Shown piece by piece: positions 36,420 to 45,860 of a DNA stretch of 64,000 bases; position 1 is the stretch's first letter, and the number at the start of each line of letters is the position of its first letter. A program made the position numbers and the translations under genes. Below the pieces are notes generated by a model. That model saw only the letters and a list, made by a program, of their open reading frames with translations, was not told the origin of the DNA and did no database searches. The stretch covers positions 74,398 to 138,397 of the forward strand of contig JABJKH010000008.1 in the NCBI GenBank assembly GCA_018660465.1. Direction: 5' to 3'. Origin of the DNA: Rhodospirillaceae bacterium. Lineage in GTDB: Bacteria > Pseudomonadota > Alphaproteobacteria > Rhodospirillales > JABJKH01.

Positions 36420-37508
36420 ATGTCCGTTATCGTGGATCATAAATATATTAAAGATAATTTATCTGCTGAGCGCATTGCGCTCGTCGGTGGTGCCGGCTTC
36501 ATCGGCCATAACCTAGCTACTCACCTGCGCCAATATGGTGCGGAAGTCATGGTTATGGATAACCTGATGCAAAACAACATGACCGCAAACATCACTGATA
36601 CAGATTTAGATGGATTTAGGCGCGAACTGAACCACGGATTTCTGGCACAACGGTTTGAGCGCATGCGCGACGCCGGTGTCGTGATGCGAAACGCCGATGC
36701 CCGTTCGACAATCGACGTGACGGCCGCTCTGTCTGAGTTTGAGCCCACCAAGATCGTTCACCTCGCGGCAATTTCCAGCGCCGTCGAAGCCAACAAAGAC
36801 CCCGGTCAGTGCTTTGATCTGCAACTACTTACGCTTCGAAACGTCTTAGAATATTGTCGGCTCACACGGAATGATGTGAACCAGCTTGTCTTCATGAGTT
36901 CCAGCACCGTCTACGGTAACTTCAAAGGCTCGGAAGTGGATGAAAACGTCCGTCCCCGGCCTTACGGCATTTACGCCAGCGCCAAGTACATGGGCGAACG
37001 CCTGATCCGGACCTATAATGAACTGTATGGCCTCGGCGCCACCGTCATCCGCCCAAGTGCTCTGTACGGTGAACGCTGCATCAGCCGCCGGGTTAGCCAA
37101 GCCTTTATCGAGAACGCGCTGATGGGCAAGCCTCTGCTTCTTGAAGGCGGCGGCGACGGTAAACTCGACTTTACTTACATCGATGACCTTGTTGATGGCA
37201 TTACCCGTTCCATGGCAGCGCACGAAAAGCCGGATGGGCGGAATACCTTCAACATCACCTTCGGCAACGCCCGCACCATCGCGGATCTGGCGGCCATCGT
37301 TAAGTCGGTTGTTCCCACAGCAATTTTGGAAGAACGTCCCCGCGACAAGGCCAAGCCAATCCGTGGCACACTGCTCACTGATCGGGCGCAGGATATGCTG
37401 AACTTCAAGCCCCAATGGAACCTTGAAAAAGGCTATAAACAGTACTGCGAATGGTACGTTGATCAGTGGGAACGGACCGGCGCTCGCATGGGAATGAACC
37501 ACGCTTAA
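36420..37508 (+). CDS. NAD-dependent epimerase/dehydratase (extended SDR)
   Basis: GGAGFIGHNL glycine motif, catalytic YASAKYMGE (YxxxK), SD gaggag upstream. Confidence 0.8.
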   Translation: MSVIVDHKYIKDNLSAERIALVGGAGFIGHNLATHLRQYGAEVMVMDNLMQNNMTANITDTDLDGFRRELNHGFLAQRFERMRDAGVVMRNADARSTIDVTAALSEFEPTKIVHLAAISSAVEANKDPGQCFDLQLLTLRNVLEYCRLTRNDVNQLVFMSSSTVYGNFKGSEVDENVRPRPYGIYASAKYMGERLIRTYNELYGLGATVIRPSALYGERCISRRVSQAFIENALMGKPLLLEGGGDGKLDFTYIDDLVDGITRSMAAHEKPDGRNTFNITFGNARTIADLAAIVKSVVPTAILEERPRDKAKPIRGTLLTDRAQDMLNFKPQWNLEKGYKQYCEWYVDQWERTGARMGMNHA

Positions 37509-37526
37509 GCCTGCCCGCAGTTCATC

Positions 37527-38141
37527 ATGATCGGCATTATTGATTACGGCCTTGGAAATCTAACCTCGGTAGCCGGTGCCGTCGAAAAGGTTGGGTTCGA
37601 GCCCGTTATCACAAGTGATCCAAGCGACCTCGCCCGGATGGATAAGCTTATCCTACCGGGCGTTGGTGCGTTTGGGGACGGAATGGCCAACTTAAAATCT
37701 CGCGGTTTAGTCGAACCTTTGGGTGAACTTGTCGTCACCAACAAAAAACCGATCCTCGGCATCTGCCTTGGCTTTCAGCTGATCGCCCAATCAAGCGATG
37801 AATTCGGCAGCCACGAAGGGCTGGGTTGGATTGATGCAGAGGTTACAAGGCTCGCCCCCGGCGACGACACCCTTCGCATCCCCCACGTCGGCTGGAACGA
37901 AGTCCATCAAGTGGGAACGAGCGTACTTTTTGATGATGTGCCAAATGATGGGTTGTTCTATTACGTGCATTCCCACCGTATGGAAACCACGGCAAGTGAC
38001 TTGGTCGTCGGCGAATGTGATTATGGCGCACGGTTTATCAGCGTGATCCAGGCAGGCAACATCTACGCGACCCAATTCCACCCGGAAAAAAGTCAGCTGC
38101 ACGGCCTGACGCTTCTCAAAAACTTTCTTGAGAAGGGCTGA
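37527..38141 (+). CDS. hisH: HisH-like glutamine amidotransferase (WbuY-type paralogue)
   Basis: MIGIIDYGLGNL..., nucleophile GICLGFQL, and ...ATQFHPEKS. The gene sits beside a HisF-like cyclase and a WbuX-type amidotransferase rather than his genes. Confidence 0.8.
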   Translation: MIGIIDYGLGNLTSVAGAVEKVGFEPVITSDPSDLARMDKLILPGVGAFGDGMANLKSRGLVEPLGELVVTNKKPILGICLGFQLIAQSSDEFGSHEGLGWIDAEVTRLAPGDDTLRIPHVGWNEVHQVGTSVLFDDVPNDGLFYYVHSHRMETTASDLVVGECDYGARFISVIQAGNIYATQFHPEKSQLHGLTLLKNFLEKG

Positions 38142-38144
38142 GCC

Positions 38145-38891
38145 ATGTTGCACAAACGCCTGATCACCGTCCTCACCTTCAACAATGGCACCCTGTTCCG
38201 GACCAAGTTGTTCGACCCGGATTACCGCTACACCCATAATTTTGTCGACAGCTGGTCAGTGGATGAGATCGTCATTTTGGACATCACCCGCGATGGTGAA
38301 GGCGACCGGGATAAATTTTTGGACGTGGTCCGCACCTTTGCGCACGATTGCTTCGTGCCGATTTGTATTGGCGGCGGGGTTCGAAACTTGGATGACGTTG
38401 CCGAACTGATGAAGGTTGGCGCAGACAAGGTCATGGTCAACACCGGCGCCCTTGAACGCCCGGAACTCATCAAAGAAATTTCTCGTGCCTATGGTGCACA
38501 ATGCGCAGTTGTTTCCATTGACGCAAAAAAGAATGAAGACGGCGACTACGAAGTCTTTTCAAATTGCGGACGCGCGGCGACATCCAAGTCACCTGCAGAT
38601 TGGGCGCAAGAAGCAGAGGACCTGGGTGCTGGTGAAATACTGATCACATCCATAGACCGCGACGGCTCTCTACAAGGCTACGACATTGACCTCTGCAAAG
38701 CAGTATCAGACAGTGTGAGCATTCCAGTCTTAGGGCTTGCCGGCGCTGGAAACTGGAAACATTTTCTTGAGGGGTTTGAGAAAGGTGGCTTGTCTGCCGT
38801 CTGCACCCAGAACATTTATCACTTTACGGAAAGCAGCATTACCAGTGCTAAGAATTTCTTGACCAAAAATGGTATAGAAGTACGCCAATAA
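38145..38891 (+). CDS. hisF: HisF-like cyclase subunit (WbuZ-type paralogue)
   Basis: ...RLITVLTF... ...ICIGGGVRNLDD... ...KVMVNTGAL... ...GAGEILITSIDRDG..., a (beta/alpha)8 HisF pattern. Confidence 0.8.
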   Translation: MLHKRLITVLTFNNGTLFRTKLFDPDYRYTHNFVDSWSVDEIVILDITRDGEGDRDKFLDVVRTFAHDCFVPICIGGGVRNLDDVAELMKVGADKVMVNTGALERPELIKEISRAYGAQCAVVSIDAKKNEDGDYEVFSNCGRAATSKSPADWAQEAEDLGAGEILITSIDRDGSLQGYDIDLCKAVSDSVSIPVLGLAGAGNWKHFLEGFEKGGLSAVCTQNIYHFTESSITSAKNFLTKNGIEVRQ

Positions 38892-38913
38892 CAAAATACA
38901 GAAAGTTCGCTCC

Positions 38914-40023
38914 ATGGTTCGATATTGTAAAACCTGCCTGATGCCTGATACCCGGCCGCGCATCGAATTTGATGACGAAGGCGTCTGCAACGCGTGTCAT
39001 ACGGCAGAGAAGAAAAACCATATCGACTGGGATGCGCGACGGCAGGAATTTTTGGACCTTGTGGATCAATTCCGCGCCAAGGACGGACCCTATGATTGCG
39101 TCGTGCCGTGGTCGGGGGGCAAAGACTCCAGCGCCATCGCCTACAAAATTAAATTTGAATTTGGCCTCAACCCCCTGCTCGTCACGTTCTCTCCTTTGAT
39201 GCCAAATGATCTTGCCGTTCATAACCGCGAAGAAATGATCAAGCTTGGGTTCGATCACCTCATGATCCGACCCAACCAGAAAGTTTCCCAACAGTTGTCG
39301 CGGCGGTTCTTCATCGAACGCGGTGATCCTAAAATTCATTGGAACGCAGGGGTTAATTCAGTCCCCGTACAAGTCGCGGTAAAATATAAAATCCCGCTGA
39401 TCTTTTATGCCGAACACGGCGAAAGCGAATACGGCGGCCGCACGCTATCCGAAGAACACACAAAGATCCGCGATTTTGCCGAGGTCCTGGAACATCAAAT
39501 TGGTGATGATCCGAACAATTGGGTCGATGACGGCATCGAAGAACATGACCTAGCCCCCTACGTTTATCCGGACCTAGGCGAGGTCGAAGAAGTCGGCGTA
39601 AAGGCCTTGTACTTTGCTTATTTTTTCCGTTGGAGCATGCTGGAAAACTGGCACTTTATTAAAGATAAATTCGACTTTCACACCGAACCCAATGGCCGCA
39701 CTGACGGAACCTTTACCGACTTCGATAGCTTGGACGACAAGATCGATAATCTTTATTATCACATGCAGTTCGTCAAATTTGGCTTCGGTCGCGCGGTGCG
39801 AGATTCCTGCCGGATGATCCAAAACAATCAAATGACCCGTGAAGAAGGCTTAGAGCTTGCCCGTAAATATGACGCCGAGTTCCCCGCCACATTCCACGAT
39901 GAACACCTGGACTATTTAAACCTGAGCGAACTCGAATTCACCGAAACCCTCGACAAACACCGCGACCCGGAAATCTGGGAACAGTCAGGAAATCAGTGGG
40001 TTCTGCGGCACGCCTTGAAATAG
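38914..40023 (+). CDS. N-acetyl sugar amidotransferase (WbuX/WbpG/LfnA-type PP-loop enzyme)
   Basis: N-terminal Zn-ribbon CKTCLMPDTRP...CNAC, then PP-loop VPWSGGKDSS. This matches the family that acts with HisH/HisF paralogues to make acetamidino sugars. Confidence 0.75.
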   Translation: MVRYCKTCLMPDTRPRIEFDDEGVCNACHTAEKKNHIDWDARRQEFLDLVDQFRAKDGPYDCVVPWSGGKDSSAIAYKIKFEFGLNPLLVTFSPLMPNDLAVHNREEMIKLGFDHLMIRPNQKVSQQLSRRFFIERGDPKIHWNAGVNSVPVQVAVKYKIPLIFYAEHGESEYGGRTLSEEHTKIRDFAEVLEHQIGDDPNNWVDDGIEEHDLAPYVYPDLGEVEEVGVKALYFAYFFRWSMLENWHFIKDKFDFHTEPNGRTDGTFTDFDSLDDKIDNLYYHMQFVKFGFGRAVRDSCRMIQNNQMTREEGLELARKYDAEFPATFHDEHLDYLNLSELEFTETLDKHRDPEIWEQSGNQWVLRHALK

Positions 40024-40100
40024 CCAAGGCCATGGCCTCAAAAATGGCGAAGAACCGTGATCGATTTAAGAGCACATGATCTAATTTACGTGACTCACCT

Positions 40101-41264
40101 TTAATCCAACACCGGCTCAATGTCATAACCCACGACCATACGGTCCTGATCCGTATCACAGGGAACTGTGGAGTGTGACATATAAGATGGCCAAGCCAGC
40201 ATCATGCCCTCAACCGGCCGAATGGTACGGCGCTTATTTTCAAATCCGAGCGCAGACTGAAATAAGTTCTTGCCATATTCAATGCATCCCCGGTCGGTAT
40301 TTTCTGCATCTTCGACCTCGGGGACTTTGACGTAATAGTTTCCGACCATAAAACAATCAGAATGCACATGCGGTCCAGCATGGCCGCCGCCTCTTAAGCC
40401 GGCAGCAAACATTTCCAGTCGATAATTTTTCGGACGACGGCCGAAGCATTCATGTTCGGGGGCCGGCGAAGTCTCCGCAATTTTATCCAAAACGCTTTCC
40501 GCTCTTTCTTCAAAGACGGCTTCAAGCATACGTACAAACGGCCCTGGATTATCCCTGTTCAATCTTGATGCAATAAACCAGTTGCTCGATTGGACCTCGG
40601 TCCAGTGCTTATATTTTGGTGATTCACTGACTTCTGCATATAATCCTTCATTGAATTCCTTCGTGCTCATCCCGGCGATTGTTTCTTTTGGTTCGTAGAC
40701 CAAGGGGTAGGTATCAATATCCACCCATTTTCGGGCTGCCTTTTCATCGCCGACTTGCTCTTCTAAAACGGCTAATAAATTTATGACATAGGCAACCCAA
40801 TATTTAGTTTCCTGACAATTGGCCAGGCATTCGAGATATGATTCTCGTGCTTCGTCGAAACGCCCCTGTATGTGATACGCGAGCCCCAGATGGACCTTAT
40901 AAATTGGAACTGATGCAGGAAATTCTGCGGCACCATTCTCATTCTGTTTAATTTCTTCTAGAGTTTGAAGGGTGGCTGTTTCCATATAATGCGCTAATTC
41001 CGGATAAGATTTATCAAAACAATTTTTGAACTCATTTGTTTCAAACTCTGGCCGTGTTCGGAAGCAATATTGTAAAGATAAAGCGGCCTCCGAGAACCGT
41101 TGAGAGGCGAGCAGGATCATGGCCCCTAAAAGTACGCCTTCGTAATAATCAACATTTTCGGTTTTTATTTCCTCATGGATGCGCCTCGCCTTTTCAAAAT
41201 TTCCAACATTGATAAACTTTATCGCCCTGGATACTTTGGCGTCTAATTGTCTTGTTGGATCCAT
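40101..41264 (-). CDS. TPR-like N-terminal domain fused to a putative 2OG-Fe(II) oxygenase-like (PF13759/TIGR02466-like) domain
   Basis: The N-terminal half is helical and TPR-like (...HLGLAYHIQGRFDEARESYLECL...). The C-terminal part has ...GPHVHSDCFMVGNYYVKVP...IEYGKN...GMMLAWPSYMSHSTVP...RMVVGYDI, an H-x-(D/H)...H jelly-roll pattern. Confidence 0.55.
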   Translation of the reverse strand: MDPTRQLDAKVSRAIKFINVGNFEKARRIHEEIKTENVDYYEGVLLGAMILLASQRFSEAALSLQYCFRTRPEFETNEFKNCFDKSYPELAHYMETATLQTLEEIKQNENGAAEFPASVPIYKVHLGLAYHIQGRFDEARESYLECLANCQETKYWVAYVINLLAVLEEQVGDEKAARKWVDIDTYPLVYEPKETIAGMSTKEFNEGLYAEVSESPKYKHWTEVQSSNWFIASRLNRDNPGPFVRMLEAVFEERAESVLDKIAETSPAPEHECFGRRPKNYRLEMFAAGLRGGGHAGPHVHSDCFMVGNYYVKVPEVEDAENTDRGCIEYGKNLFQSALGFENKRRTIRPVEGMMLAWPSYMSHSTVPCDTDQDRMVVGYDIEPVLD

Positions 41265-41369
41265 GATTATCAGCTTCCTTCGAATTTATGCCGTGGCGGA
41301 AAAATGCAATAATATTTTATAGGGCGCTCGTGAAGTTTATATTAATCGGATATAGGATACTAAACATCT

Positions 41370-42224
41370 ATGAGTGCACTCACAGAAAAAGAATTTATTG
41401 ATGTCCTTGCGGCGACGCTGCCTGTCGAGGATGAGATCATTGCGATCTATTCCGGGTTATGGACGTTCGCGCCGCAGTTTCGTTGGCCTGCAGAAGAGAT
41501 CGGGCCGAGGCTTCTCAAAATCATCGATGAGTTTGTTGGACCTGAGCGGACGCTTATTTTTCCAGCCTACAGCTATCTCGATTTCGCCCGTAACCGGACC
41601 TACGATTTAACCTTGAGCAAGCCTGAGACTGGCGTTCTTCCGGAATCAGCGCTTGCCGACAAAGCTTTCACCCGTTCACGTTCACCGATGAACAGTTATG
41701 CTGTTCGCGGGCCGCGCGCAGAAGAACTTTTGTCGTGCCCCTCCACCACAGCTTGGGGGCCAGACGGTGTTCTCGGTTGGATGTGTGAGGCGGATATTCG
41801 GATTAGCATTCTTGGTGTGTCGTGGTTGTCGTGCAGTTTGATGCATTACGCAGAGGAAACCCTGCAAGTCCCCTATCGCTATTACAAACGTTTCAAGGGG
41901 GAGATTTTTGATAACGGGAAATCGCTCGGCCCCTGCGAAGAAGTTATGTATTCGCGGTCTCTAAATGCGGTTCCTGAGTGGGATATTACCAGCCTGGGTC
42001 CGGCGCTTTCCGATGCCGGCGTGGTCTTGAAAAGTCCCAACCGTCGAATTCCCATGGAGTCCGCGAAGGCCTCAGAATTTCACCGGGTAAATGAAGCCAT
42101 GTTTGCGGCTGACCCGTACGTTTATCATGAAAACGTGGACGAGTTGAAAGCTTGGGTTGCGGACGGCAAAGAGGCTGAAATGGCGACGCTTAAACCTGAG
42201 GAACGTTGGCCGCCGCATGGATAG
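41370..42224 (+). CDS. AAC(3)-family (aminoglycoside N3-acetyltransferase-like) acetyltransferase
   Basis: ...IIAIYSGLWTF... ...TLIFPAYSY... ...TRSRSPMNSYAVRGPRAEELL... ...ILGVSWLSCSLMHYAEE... follows the Antibiotic_NAT fold pattern. In this context it is probably an amino-sugar N-acetyltransferase. Confidence 0.6.
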   Translation: MSALTEKEFIDVLAATLPVEDEIIAIYSGLWTFAPQFRWPAEEIGPRLLKIIDEFVGPERTLIFPAYSYLDFARNRTYDLTLSKPETGVLPESALADKAFTRSRSPMNSYAVRGPRAEELLSCPSTTAWGPDGVLGWMCEADIRISILGVSWLSCSLMHYAEETLQVPYRYYKRFKGEIFDNGKSLGPCEEVMYSRSLNAVPEWDITSLGPALSDAGVVLKSPNRRIPMESAKASEFHRVNEAMFAADPYVYHENVDELKAWVADGKEAEMATLKPEERWPPHG

Positions 42225-42237
42225 ACTTGAACTTCAC

Positions 42238-42362
42238 TCAGGCGTCCTTCGAGACGCGCTTTCAGCGCTCCTCAGGATGAAGGTTTTATTTTATTCCTAG
42301 AGATAGTAAGAAAATTTCTTCATCCTGAGGAGCCGCGTCAGCGGCGTCTCGAAGGACGCTGA
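42238..42362. repeat. About 125-bp imperfect inverted repeat (REP/MITE-like palindromic element) between convergent genes
   Basis: The arms are 42238-42282 and 42318-42362. Outer (cgtccttcgagacgc / gcgtctcgaaggacg) and inner (ctcctcaggatgaag / cttcatcctgaggag) 15-bp segments are perfectly complementary, with a mismatched core between them. Confidence 0.7.
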
Positions 42363-42389
42363 GCGGCACAGACAGGCGTTCTAGGAAAG

Positions 42390-43760
42390 CTAAGATAAAT
42401 TCGCCCGAAGCTTTTTAAAGCGCGCACTGTGAAGCGTTTCATCTTCCACCACGACAAACCGCACCGGCACTTTATAGCGCGCCATTGTTTTATTGCATTC
42501 TAACCGCAAGCGTTCGGAGAGGTCCGCTGGGTCTTCCGGCTCTATCAGTGAAACCCGAGCCTGCACCACCTGTCCCATAATCGGATGCGGTCGTGCTTCG
42601 ACGGCGGCGTTTCGGATGTTAGGGAGTTGCATGAGGACGTTCTCAACCTCCAGCGGAAATACCTTTTTACCGCCGGTATTTATCACTTCGGTTTCGCGTC
42701 CCATGAAGCGGATGTAGCCGTCTTTTTCTTCAACCACATCGCCGGTGCACAGCCAGCCTTCTTCATCGAACGGGTTCGGCGCATTGAGGTAGCCGACCAT
42801 GTTGGCTTCGGACCTGATCCACAGAATGCCATCGGTGATTCTGGTCTCAAACCCCTTGCCACCAACCTTAAGCCATAACGAACCATCGTCCTTAGATTGT
42901 GATCGCAGGACACCCAATTCCGACAACCCGTAGGTCTGTTTAATCCGCGCGCTCGGAAACACCTCACTAAGTTGACTAAGCGTCGTTTCCGGCATGGGCT
43001 CAGTCCCATAGGTAACCAGTTCCACAGACGACAAGTCGTAGACCGCGTATTGCCGGCTCACGATCATGAAATTCAAAAACGTTGGCGTCGTCGGCAGCAA
43101 CGTTACCTTTCCATCCTGAATGGTGCGCGCCATGGTTTCAGGATCGCGCGACGTGGTACAGACCGCCGTTCCGCCATAGGCAAAGCTCGATAGAAACGTA
43201 TTGAACCCGCCGAAGTGATCCATGAGTAAGAAAAGTATGGTGCGCCAGCCTTTGCGCTTTTCAACGAATTTACGGGCGACAAATTCGACGTCCTGCAAAA
43301 TTCCCTTGGGCTTGCCGGTCGATCCTGATGTGAACACCACGAGTCCCGGATGACCTTTTTCATTAAACGTACTGATCAATTCAGGCAGGACGCAATTAGG
43401 CTGTGCCTCCAATACAAAGTCATCGTTTTCATCGAAGCGGTATAGAACCTTCGCACCGCACATGTTTAAAAGTTCCGGCAGCTCCGCATCGACATCACCG
43501 GTCAACGGAACAAGCACTGCACCCCGTTGCATCAGCGCGAACATAAGCGCAGAGGTTGCCGGGCTGTAGTCGCCATAAAACGCGCAGACATCTCCGGCGT
43601 TGATGCCGTCTTCCTCAAGCCGTTTATTCCAAACCTCGATTGAGTCTAAGAATTCTTGATAGGTATATTCCCGGCCGCGCCAAAATAGGGCTGGATCATT
43701 CGGTATCTCAGAAAGCCGATTAATCAGTGTCTCAACTGCGGACGTCGTGGGTGCGGACAT
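42390..43760 (-). CDS. Adenylate-forming enzyme (acyl-CoA/acyl-ACP ligase family)
   Basis: AMP-binding motifs are present: VFTSGSTGKPKGI, QTYGLSELG, WLCTGDVVE, GRETEVINTGGKKVFPLEVE. The start overlaps the ACP stop. Confidence 0.8.
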   Translation of the reverse strand: MSAPTTSAVETLINRLSEIPNDPALFWRGREYTYQEFLDSIEVWNKRLEEDGINAGDVCAFYGDYSPATSALMFALMQRGAVLVPLTGDVDAELPELLNMCGAKVLYRFDENDDFVLEAQPNCVLPELISTFNEKGHPGLVVFTSGSTGKPKGILQDVEFVARKFVEKRKGWRTILFLLMDHFGGFNTFLSSFAYGGTAVCTTSRDPETMARTIQDGKVTLLPTTPTFLNFMIVSRQYAVYDLSSVELVTYGTEPMPETTLSQLSEVFPSARIKQTYGLSELGVLRSQSKDDGSLWLKVGGKGFETRITDGILWIRSEANMVGYLNAPNPFDEEGWLCTGDVVEEKDGYIRFMGRETEVINTGGKKVFPLEVENVLMQLPNIRNAAVEARPHPIMGQVVQARVSLIEPEDPADLSERLRLECNKTMARYKVPVRFVVVEDETLHSARFKKLRANLS

Positions 43761-44002
43761 CAGAAGCTCACTTGGTGTTCTTCAAGAACCATTTTGATTA
43801 ATGGAAAATTCAAAATTTCCACTGTCTGTTCCTCGGTAAACGAAATATCGAATTCCTGCTCCAACGCGAGGACGAGGTTCAAATGGCGGAGCGAATCCCA
43901 TTCTTCCACCGTATCAACGGATGTATCATCACCAATTTCTGATGCCTCAATCTTCAAGACATCGGCCATGACACGCTGCAATCTTTCTACGTTATTCGAC
44001 AT
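43760..44002 (-). CDS. Acyl carrier protein (ACP-1)
   Basis: 80 aa with phosphopantetheine site context ...TVEEWDSLRHLNLVLALE... The start is set at the internal ATG 44002 (GGAGAA SD), not 44047. Confidence 0.75.
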   Translation of the reverse strand: MSNNVERLQRVMADVLKIEASEIGDDTSVDTVEEWDSLRHLNLVLALEQEFDISFTEEQTVEILNFPLIKMVLEEHQVSF

Positions 44003-44016
44003 ATTTTCTCCTGTCT

Positions 44017-45858
44017 TTACTTTGGAAATTCTTCCATGTTGATCCACGCGGGGCAGATGATTTTATCTGCCTTTGTATTGGATAAATCCAGACACCATTC
44101 TGTGTCTTCAACTTGATCAAACCCACGTTTCTCATAAAATTCTGAAACTTGAGCGTTCTTCTTTGTTGGCAAATAACTGCCCGAGATTGTCTTACAACCC
44201 CTCGTACGCGCATTATCTATCACAAATTTTAAGAAAGCGTTTTCCGCCTCGCGACCAAGTGCACGACAGGACAGTAAAAAAGAATCTATCTCTGCCGTCT
44301 CGTCTTTATAGAGAATGATCGCAACCCCAATTGTACCAATCTCAGCCACGTTATCACCCAACCACATGGTAAGCACATCGCTGCCGTCACGATCACTGAA
44401 CGCCCGAATTTCGCCTTCGGTATATCGCTTGGTCGTGAGATTAAACTGGTTGGTTTTTTGGGTCAGTTGAGATGCTCGTGGAATTTGCTTTTCAGTCACC
44501 AAGCCAATTTTGGCCTTGATATCCAAACTCCCAAGATAGTCCTCCAACGACGAAGCGGTTTTGGATAGAGACTTGCGTTGGCGTTCTGCTTGGTAAGATT
44601 TATTGCGTTTCAGGTCGTCATCAGAAACAGTCAAATTATCGAACAAGCCCGCCTCCGATAACTGCCGCCGGAAGGACGATGGATCGCCGCTTAAATGAAG
44701 CACACCAACTTCCGGCAACGCGCCCCGAACCCGATCACATTCAAAGTCCGTATCATCAACAAACACCAGCGCATCAACACCGATATTCAGTTCGTCGGCA
44801 ATGCTGATAAGGTTTTCGGCCTTGTCGGACCAGTTGACCCGCAACGCCGCGAAATGATTTTCCTTTAGGACCATGTCCGGGTGATCTCGGAACACCTCCA
44901 ACACATCGTCCTCGTTGTTCTTTGAACAGACGGCAAGAATGACACCGCGATTATAAAGGTTGAGGACTTCACGTTGGAACGCGACGAAGGAATTTCCCGG
45001 GTATTCAAGGCCAAGACGAATGCCAGACAGACCGTCTTCACCGACGACCCCGCCCCATAAGGTTCCATCACAATCCAGCACCAAACACTTCCGGGCATGG
45101 CCGCTTAGAGCGCGGAAGAACCTGCCGTATTCTTGACCGACAGGCACCAGCGCGTTCTTGCCAATCGGCGCCTTTGCCATCGCCCAATACCGCTCATCGA
45201 AAGCAGATGCAGCACCCAGCCTTGCAAAAAGTCCTTGCAGATCAACGATGTAAACATCGCTGAATTCATTAGCCACCTCCGCCAAGCCCGTATTAAGCTT
45301 AACCATCGCCGCATTCTGCACCCCACCGCTTTGGGCTTCGATGATTCCCAGGGTGGGCCGATGCAGAATAGGAAAGTTATTGACCAAGACTCCCGCAGTT
45401 GTCTGATCTCTCAAAGCAGAAAACTGAGTCCTGAAATGATCGAGGACTCTCTCAATTTCCTGCTCGATGCCTTTTGCCCCCAACGACAAAATTTCGTTTT
45501 GCAAAGCTGGCGATAACAACTCAAGCCACTGAAACAAAATAATCGCATCGGCGTTATGACTAAAAAGATCACTTTTAGGACTAAAGATATCCTGTGCGAT
45601 GGTATCGAAATCACCAACATAAAATTTTGGCTGTAATCCCAAGAGCCCAATTTCGCCAGCTATGACAGGGAGAACGGGTTCGACCGTGATATTGCGCAAG
45701 ATCGCGACACGGTAATCCGTCGCCTCACCATCAGCCTGATCTTCTAAAATATTGCTAACCGACGTGTAGGCGGAATACACTTGTTCTTTACGCAACCGAT
45801 CCATGGCTTTGTTCAGGTCATCCATTCTCTCACCGCTTACTCTTCCATCTTCTGGCAT
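44017..45858 (-). CDS. FkbH-like HAD-IIIC phosphatase / glyceryl-transfer protein
   Basis: HAD-IIIC motif CLVLDCDGTLWGGVVGEDG and a C-terminal GNAT-fold domain with the conserved Cys motif FLLSCRALGRE, 613 aa. Confidence 0.75.
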   Translation of the reverse strand: MPEDGRVSGERMDDLNKAMDRLRKEQVYSAYTSVSNILEDQADGEATDYRVAILRNITVEPVLPVIAGEIGLLGLQPKFYVGDFDTIAQDIFSPKSDLFSHNADAIILFQWLELLSPALQNEILSLGAKGIEQEIERVLDHFRTQFSALRDQTTAGVLVNNFPILHRPTLGIIEAQSGGVQNAAMVKLNTGLAEVANEFSDVYIVDLQGLFARLGAASAFDERYWAMAKAPIGKNALVPVGQEYGRFFRALSGHARKCLVLDCDGTLWGGVVGEDGLSGIRLGLEYPGNSFVAFQREVLNLYNRGVILAVCSKNNEDDVLEVFRDHPDMVLKENHFAALRVNWSDKAENLISIADELNIGVDALVFVDDTDFECDRVRGALPEVGVLHLSGDPSSFRRQLSEAGLFDNLTVSDDDLKRNKSYQAERQRKSLSKTASSLEDYLGSLDIKAKIGLVTEKQIPRASQLTQKTNQFNLTTKRYTEGEIRAFSDRDGSDVLTMWLGDNVAEIGTIGVAIILYKDETAEIDSFLLSCRALGREAENAFLKFVIDNARTRGCKTISGSYLPTKKNAQVSEFYEKRGFDQVEDTEWCLDLSNTKADKIICPAWINMEEFPK

Positions 45859-45860
45859 GG

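Noticed and set aside
36846-37502. 218-aa minus-strand ORF (plus 36521-36751, 36606-36824, 37175-37408)
   Set aside because: These are antisense or alternative frames of the well-supported epimerase/dehydratase gene (GxxGxxG and YxxxK present in the plus frame).
40024-40100. 12-bp palindrome AGGCCATGGCCT just after the WbuX-type gene as a terminator
   Set aside because: It is a loop-less palindrome with no T-tract. It is too weak to call a terminator or an operator.
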